Assembly (NCBI GenBank): GCA_048885535.1
Contig: JBHLLO010000022.1
Span: forward strand, 1-42,781
DNA from: Candidatus Hermodarchaeota archaeon
GTDB lineage: Archaea; Asgardarchaeota; Lokiarchaeia; Sigyniarchaeales; SOKP01
DNA: 42,781 nucleotides
Reading direction: 5' to 3'
The position numbers were made by a program, and so were the translations under genes. A model generated the notes under the pieces. That model made no database searches. It worked only from the letters and a program-made list of their open reading frames with translations, and was not told the origin of the DNA. This document shows, one piece after another, positions 37,424 through 42,781 of this stretch; the first letter of the stretch is position 1; each line of letters opens with the position of its first letter.

Positions 37424-38707
37424 TTAATAACTAAGTTTAAAACGTAAAATTGCTACTATTCCTCCAAAAGTGCTATATAGCATTTCCCCTTCTTCAGTTT
37501 CAGAAGAAATAATATCCACTTCTGTTCCCATAGTAGCTGCAATACTTCCAAGTTCTTCTATCATAGAGAGATTGGTCACAACATTAAATGTATTTGAATT
37601 ACATTTTGGGCAACTCTCTTGTTGCACAGCATTCTCAATATTAGGAATATCTTGTTCTCTTGCAATTCGATTTTCTACATATCCGCAATTTGAACATTCT
37701 AACATGACCTTATAAGTATCCAACTTTTCAGAGAGAATCAATGTATCGACAGCTCCCATATTCAATGCTTTTTGGACGTCTTCAAGACCATAAGTAGCCA
37801 TACCTGTATCATTTGCAATCTCTTTCATGAAACTTTGCATAACCTGCTTTTCTCGAATATATTTTACATCTTGAATTTTATCCTTGACTTTCTCAATTAA
37901 TGCACGAATTCCCTCGGATCCACCATATCCAAGATCGACCACGTCTAAAATCTTTTCTCTTAACCTATAATCTAAACTTTCATCATTTACGAATTTTTCT
38001 TTTGATTGTCCTGGACCTCCTATGAAAATTCCTTGTAAATCTTCCATATCTAAAAACAGTTCACTGATTTCAGCCGAAATCCTTCTATAAAATTGTTTTT
38101 CGCCCTCTTCAATTAATCTTTCAAATCTCCTTTGAGATTGACCTCCTGCTCTATGTTTACTATGTATCCCTGAGGTATACTCTCTAACAACTTCAACATG
38201 ACTCCCCTTTATATACCCAACTGCGGATTCTTGTCTGCCGATAACAAGAAGACCATATGTTTCTTTTGGTACAATCATCTCTTCTAAAGGCCACAATAAA
38301 AATTCACTTGCACAGTGATATCTGAAAGTTTTAACTCTTTCTGGGGGATCTACAATATATAATTCATTCTTCTCTGTACCAGGAGTATTACTTTGGGGAA
38401 TTGCTCCAGAAAACATTATTAATCCGTTCTCAGGAGTACTACTTATATTTTTTAATTGACCCAAAAGACTTGCTATACTGTCTAGTACATTTTTTCTGGT
38501 TAATTTCGATTTAATATTTTGGCTCTCACTAATTTCATTTTTTAAGTAATTTGTGACATCAGATATTTTTCTATCATGAGGAATATATAGCGAAACCAAT
38601 TCAGTATGAAATCCCTTTTTACCTTTTAAATAGTCTAATAGTTTCTTAGTTTTATAGATTTGAAGGTCATTACTTTTCTTTTGAACACCTGAACTCATAT
38701 TTATCAA
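37424..38707 (-). CDS. prf1: Peptide chain release factor aRF1
   Basis: TELVSLYIP, NIKS, YHC, GGQSQRRF, FGGIVAILRF. Confidence 0.97.
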   Translation of the reverse strand: MINMSSGVQKKSNDLQIYKTKKLLDYLKGKKGFHTELVSLYIPHDRKISDVTNYLKNEISESQNIKSKLTRKNVLDSIASLLGQLKNISSTPENGLIMFSGAIPQSNTPGTEKNELYIVDPPERVKTFRYHCASEFLLWPLEEMIVPKETYGLLVIGRQESAVGYIKGSHVEVVREYTSGIHSKHRAGGQSQRRFERLIEEGEKQFYRRISAEISELFLDMEDLQGIFIGGPGQSKEKFVNDESLDYRLREKILDVVDLGYGGSEGIRALIEKVKDKIQDVKYIREKQVMQSFMKEIANDTGMATYGLEDVQKALNMGAVDTLILSEKLDTYKVMLECSNCGYVENRIAREQDIPNIENAVQQESCPKCNSNTFNVVTNLSMIEELGSIAATMGTEVDIISSETEEGEMLYSTFGGIVAILRFKLSY

Positions 38708-38781
38708 CTAGGATCTTAAAGATACAAAAAATTAATAGTTTTTCTTTATTTTAAACTATTAAAATAATAAGATTTTTAATT

Positions 38782-39591
38782 TTGGGAACTATGAATACTA
38801 ATATTTATTATGACCATGATATACCAGAAGATCACCCTCGTTTTCTTAGCCTTAAATATCGTCATAAAATAATTGAAGGGATGAAAAAATTAATTGTTGC
38901 AGAAGCGGGACTTATTGCTCATGGGAGAGGAGAATGTTTTGATTACATTTTAGGTGAAAAAACTAATAAAAATGCAATGAAAGCAATGGAGACTGCAGTA
39001 GCGCTAATATTGTTAGCAAAGCATCCTATTATTAGCGTAAATGGTAATACTGCTGCATTATGCCCAAAAAGTTTAGTAGAATTCTCAAATGTAGTAAATG
39101 CAAAGCTAGAAATAAATTTATTCTATGGAAAGGAAGGGAGAATTGAAGCAATAAAAAAGATATTGGAGGATGCGGGAGCAGAGAATCTTCTCGGAATTAA
39201 CAAAGATACTATGGTAGAAATTCAGGAGATTTCAAGTAATAGGAGAAAAATAGATCCTCATGGAATTAATCTCGCTGATGTTGTATTTGTTCCATTAGAA
39301 GATGGAGATAGAACAGAAGCTTTAAAAAAAATGGGTAAGAAGGTTATTGCTGTTGATCTAAATCCTATAAGTAGAACTGCAATTTGGGCAGACATAACTA
39401 TCATAGATAATATTGTTAGAGTTTTACCTCAAATGATACTAATGACAAAAAAACTGAAAAAATTAAAAACTCAAGAACTTCAAATGATAATTGATAAATT
39501 TAATAACAAAAAAAACATTCATAAAGCTCTTGATTTAATAATAAACTACATCAAGAAGCAAAAAAAAGCATTCAAGGTTATAAAAGAGTAA
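38782..39591 (+). CDS. pps: Phosphopantothenate synthetase (archaeal)
   Basis: HPR..SL..R, GLIAHGRGE.FDY.LGE, ISVNGN, VPLEDGDR, DLNPISRT. Confidence 0.93.
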   Translation: MGTMNTNIYYDHDIPEDHPRFLSLKYRHKIIEGMKKLIVAEAGLIAHGRGECFDYILGEKTNKNAMKAMETAVALILLAKHPIISVNGNTAALCPKSLVEFSNVVNAKLEINLFYGKEGRIEAIKKILEDAGAENLLGINKDTMVEIQEISSNRRKIDPHGINLADVVFVPLEDGDRTEALKKMGKKVIAVDLNPISRTAIWADITIIDNIVRVLPQMILMTKKLKKLKTQELQMIIDKFNNKKNIHKALDLIINYIKKQKKAFKVIKE

Positions 39592-39689
39592 ATTAAAAAT
39601 TATATTTCTAATTAAAAAAGCTTAAAAAGTTCTAAAATAATATCTAATATAGCTAATTTTTCAAAAATAAAGGATACGTATTACTAAAG

Positions 39690-40229
39690 ATGGGCACTGA
39701 TAAAGAGACTGAAACAAAATATTTCAATGTATTTAATGATGGAGATACAATTTTAATCAGAAGATGTACTACAGAAGATCTGGAGGGCGTTATCGAGGTC
39801 AATGAAAAAGAATTACCAGAAGATTATCCATACTTTTTCTATAAAAGCATCCTTGATGACTATCCTGAGTCATTTTTAGTGGCTTGTAATTCTCAAGGAA
39901 AGATAATCGGTTATATCATGTGGAGAGTTGAAAAACTACCATCAAAATATAATTTGGAATTTACAAATAAAGGTCATTTAGTCTCTATCGCAGTTTCAAA
40001 AGAATATAGAAAGTTAGGAGTTGCTAAATCACTTTTGATAAAATCAATGAACGAAGTAATGAAATATAATATAGATGAGTTTGTTTTAGAAGTTAGAGTA
40101 AGTAATTACCCCGCAATAAAGTTATATAAGAAATATGGATTTAAGACACATAGTATTAAAAGAAACTACTACAGAGACCAAGAGAATGCATATTATATGA
40201 TAAAGGAACTGAAAAAGACAAAAAAATAG
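39690..40229 (+). CDS. ard1: N-terminal acetyltransferase (Ard1/RimI GNAT)
   Basis: NEKELPEDY, GHLVSIAV...YRKLG, LEVRVSN..AI.LY, YYRDQENAY. Confidence 0.9.
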   Translation: MGTDKETETKYFNVFNDGDTILIRRCTTEDLEGVIEVNEKELPEDYPYFFYKSILDDYPESFLVACNSQGKIIGYIMWRVEKLPSKYNLEFTNKGHLVSIAVSKEYRKLGVAKSLLIKSMNEVMKYNIDEFVLEVRVSNYPAIKLYKKYGFKTHSIKRNYYRDQENAYYMIKELKKTKK

Positions 40230-40249
40230 ATAATAAGATTAAATTTCTT

Positions 40250-41242
40250 TTAATAAGATCCTTCTAAGCTCTTTATCAAGATTGTCAATATTTCATTAAT
40301 CGGGACTTCGATCCCTAATTCTTTGGCATATTTAACGATCCTACCATTCAGAAAATCTATTTCTGTTTTCCTACCTTTTAATATATCTTGTAACATAGAG
40401 TTTTTATTATTATATGTCTCTTTTGCCACTTGATATGTTAATTCAATATAATCTTTTTTATCAAGATCAATATTAATTAGCTCAGCAACTTTTAGAGCTT
40501 CTTTAACCACTTTACTCATTAATTTCTTCAATGCTTCAAATTCTAATAATTGTCCATTTTTTAAGCGTGTCAAAGTTCCTAGAGCATTAATGCCAATATT
40601 TACAAAAGCTTTTCCCCATGATTTTGCAATGATGTTATGCACTAATAAAATTTCAATACCACTTAATTTAATCAGATTTACAATCAAATTTATATCAGAT
40701 TTGGTCTCCTCTTCATAAATTTGTTTATGTCCTAGAAAGGGGGCTCCGATATATGTAAACCCAAATCCAATATGACAAACATAACCCGGTTTTTCTAATG
40801 ACGCTCCGTGAGAAGTTATAATTCTTATTAAATTATCTCTTTTAAAAAGTTTTTTTACGACTTCCTCATTTCCAATTCCATTTTGGAGAATTATCAACCA
40901 TCTAGCATCGTCTATTATCTTTTTATACATAGACATAGCCTTTTCAATATCATAGGTTTTGGTAGTAAGAAAAAGATAGTCAAATACTGATTTTTTTTTT
41001 TTCAAACTAAACAAATAATCATCTAGATTTTTGAAAGCTTTAATATTTTGAATAATTCGAATAAAGCCCTTTTGATTGATCTTAAGCCCTTCTAGATTAA
41101 CCATATTAGCATGTTCTTTTCTACAAAAAAAGATCACCTCTGTGGATTCAACTTCAGCTAAATATCCACCAAATAAACTACCTATGGCACCTGCACCAAT
41201 AAAGCCTATTTTGATTTTGTTTTGAACCATGGAAAGAAACAA
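40250..41242 (-). CDS. panE: 2-dehydropantoate (ketopantoate) reductase
   Basis: IGAGAIGSLFG, TKTYD, LQNGIG, W.K..VN..IN, SMLQDI..GRKTEIDFLNG. Confidence 0.94.
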   Translation of the reverse strand: MFLSMVQNKIKIGFIGAGAIGSLFGGYLAEVESTEVIFFCRKEHANMVNLEGLKINQKGFIRIIQNIKAFKNLDDYLFSLKKKKSVFDYLFLTTKTYDIEKAMSMYKKIIDDARWLIILQNGIGNEEVVKKLFKRDNLIRIITSHGASLEKPGYVCHIGFGFTYIGAPFLGHKQIYEEETKSDINLIVNLIKLSGIEILLVHNIIAKSWGKAFVNIGINALGTLTRLKNGQLLEFEALKKLMSKVVKEALKVAELINIDLDKKDYIELTYQVAKETYNNKNSMLQDILKGRKTEIDFLNGRIVKYAKELGIEVPINEILTILIKSLEGSY

Positions 41243-41281
41243 TTTAAGTTATTACAATTATGTTTACATACACTATTTAAA

Positions 41282-42169
41282 TTATTTTAAATATTTATTC
41301 AAAGCCGATTGACCTTTCGGTAATGATCCTGATTTTTTTTTAATTTCTAAAATATTAATTTTATTTGGCTCATTTCTGGGTTTAAGTTTAAGTTCTTCCA
41401 TCAGCATTAATGAATTTTTAGCAGCATATCCTGAAAAATGATTATTAAAATAAATACTAATCAAATCTGCCTTTTCTATCGAATTTTTTATATTATTTGC
41501 CCAATTCTTTATTTCTTCTTCTCTGAAAAAATAATCAAACCAAATCTCCTTTCCATACCCGTGAAAACGGATATAAAGTAGCTCTTTATTAGTTATATCC
41601 ATACGTGCTGGCAACAATGGTTCAATTACAGCACAATAGATTAAAGAGTTCTGTTTTAAATACGAGAATATTTCATCCACCATCCAAGATTCATCTCTAA
41701 ATTCTATTACCAAATGATAATTTTCTTCCTTATACTCCTTAGGCCAATTAGAAACAAATTCTTTTAGATGGGAAAAATAATTACTTTTCGTAAAGGATGG
41801 AGGTAATTGTATTAAGAATGCTAAGAGTTTTGATGATGTTATTAACGGCTCCATAGTTTTCAAAAAATAGTCTAAGTCAGTCAAACATGTATCAATATCT
41901 AATTTCTTCTCATGAGTAATTATACCAGGAATTTTTACAGTAAATAAAAATTCATGAGGGGTTTTCTTCACCCAACGTTCTACTACATGATGAGAAGGTG
42001 TGTTATAAAAAGTAGTATTTATTTCATTTGTATAAAAAATTTGCGAATAATAGGTTAAAAAATCCTCCTTATTTAACCCCTTAGGATAAAAGGGCCCAAT
42101 CCATTCATCATAACTCCATCCTGATGTCCCAATCAAAATCTTTTCTGTCAAAAGCTCCACTTTTTGCAC
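41282..42169 (-). CDS. DUF72 (YecE-like) protein
   Basis: IGTSGWSY..W.G.FYP, EINTTFY, ITH, QLPPSF, EFRD.SW, YIRFHG, YFNNH. Confidence 0.92.
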   Translation of the reverse strand: MQKVELLTEKILIGTSGWSYDEWIGPFYPKGLNKEDFLTYYSQIFYTNEINTTFYNTPSHHVVERWVKKTPHEFLFTVKIPGIITHEKKLDIDTCLTDLDYFLKTMEPLITSSKLLAFLIQLPPSFTKSNYFSHLKEFVSNWPKEYKEENYHLVIEFRDESWMVDEIFSYLKQNSLIYCAVIEPLLPARMDITNKELLYIRFHGYGKEIWFDYFFREEEIKNWANNIKNSIEKADLISIYFNNHFSGYAAKNSLMLMEELKLKPRNEPNKINILEIKKKSGSLPKGQSALNKYLK

Positions 42170-42385
42170 ATTGAATAGAACTTGATTATCTTATATTAAA
42201 TTAAATCAAAAACAACTACTTTTATGATCTCGAACATTATACTTTTTTAATTTTATGAGATACTTAACTTTTAAAATTACATATGTTAATGATCTCTATC
42301 TAATTCTAAATGTTTTCAGAAATACTTTTAAAATTTATTAATTTTGACCATAAAATTTTTAATTAAGAAATTACTCTTATATTTC

Positions 42386-42751
42386 GCCGGTGGTATTTTA
42401 GTATATAACATAAATTTCATGCTTTTGCCATCGACAAATTATTGGTTGAGAAAAATACCTCATCATAAACTGATGACGTACCGCCAATAACAGGCATCGA
42501 CCTCATTGAAGTGCACCAGGAAAGATTACGATCAAAATGTCTGGTGTTACAGGAAATGAGTGCTTAAATCAAACATCACATTGGTTGGTTTAAGATTATC
42601 GAGCCAAGCACTTACAATAAATGAGTTTTGTGCTCAAAGGAACATACTCCCCATATTAATTAATGTATTATCGTCTCGATATTAATTTTAATATTATCGT
42701 CTCAAAATACACAAGCCTTAGTGCAAGCAATCTGAATCTTTCCTTAAGTAG
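42386..42751 (+). ncRNA. Structured non-coding region, probable 5' leader/processing region of the 23S rRNA transcript
   Basis: No ORF in the track, higher GC than its flanks, multiple helices (TCATCA/TGATGA, CACCAG/CTGGTG, TGAGTGCTT/AAGCACTTA), directly before a 23S-like start. Confidence 0.45.
42666..42703. repeat. 12-bp direct repeat TATTATCGTCTC x2
   Basis: Copies at 42666-42677 and 42692-42703, with an ATATTAA/TTAATAT inverted repeat between and partly overlapping them. Confidence 0.7.
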
Positions 42752-42781
42752 ACGCCAATACGCCTACGCTATTTGGTGGAT
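42752..42781 (+). rRNA. rrl: Probable 5' start of 23S rRNA (partial)
   Basis: The window ends in CTACGCTATTTGGTGGAT, resembling the conserved 23S start (..CTA.GC...YGGTGGATG); only ~25 nt visible and the exact 5' end is uncertain. Confidence 0.55.

Noticed and set aside
2583-37715. Numerous antisense ORFs inside larger genes (e.g. 2583-3134, 3922-4212, 12675-13067, 18682-18990, 27449-27931, 36672-36938)
   Set aside because: They overlap well-supported genes on the opposite strand and carry no recognisable motifs.
15557-41242. pok, pps and panE as a novel pathway
   Set aside because: This is the established archaeal pantoate kinase/phosphopantothenate synthetase route to CoA.
42666-42703. 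Direct repeat as a CRISPR remnant
   Set aside because: Only two 12-bp copies 14 bp apart; no array and no cas genes.

Overview
A very AT-rich archaeal window, almost certainly from an Asgard archaeon (Lokiarchaeia/Promethearchaeota-like). This is inferred from a profilin, a Rab-like small GTPase, a tandem Roadblock protein and a RING-type protein set among archaeal housekeeping genes (thermosome, TFB, Rpo12, aRF1, aIF2-beta, RIO1, NMD3, FtsZ, the PoK/PPS/PanE CoA route, MfnB). It starts in the last 69 nt of a 16S rRNA gene and appears to end in the first ~25-30 nt of a 23S rRNA gene on the same strand, about 42.7 kb away. Features missed by the ORF track: (i) six tRNA genes, five carrying a total of ten bulge-helix-bulge (BHB)-type introns, nine at non-canonical positions, including a three-intron tRNA-Asn and a tRNA-Ala with a 7-nt middle exon; (ii) an aIF1/SUI1 gene whose conserved Cys-rich N-terminus has no in-frame AUG/GUG/UUG and seems to start at AUU, suggesting IF3/eIF1-like autoregulation; (iii) rpo12 and a small membrane ORF. 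Candidate eukaryote-like proteins include a PAC3/PAC4-like proteasome chaperone, a Whirly-like protein and an extended profilin. All protein calls come from motif recognition by eye; no database searches were run. No CRISPR array or mobile element was seen.
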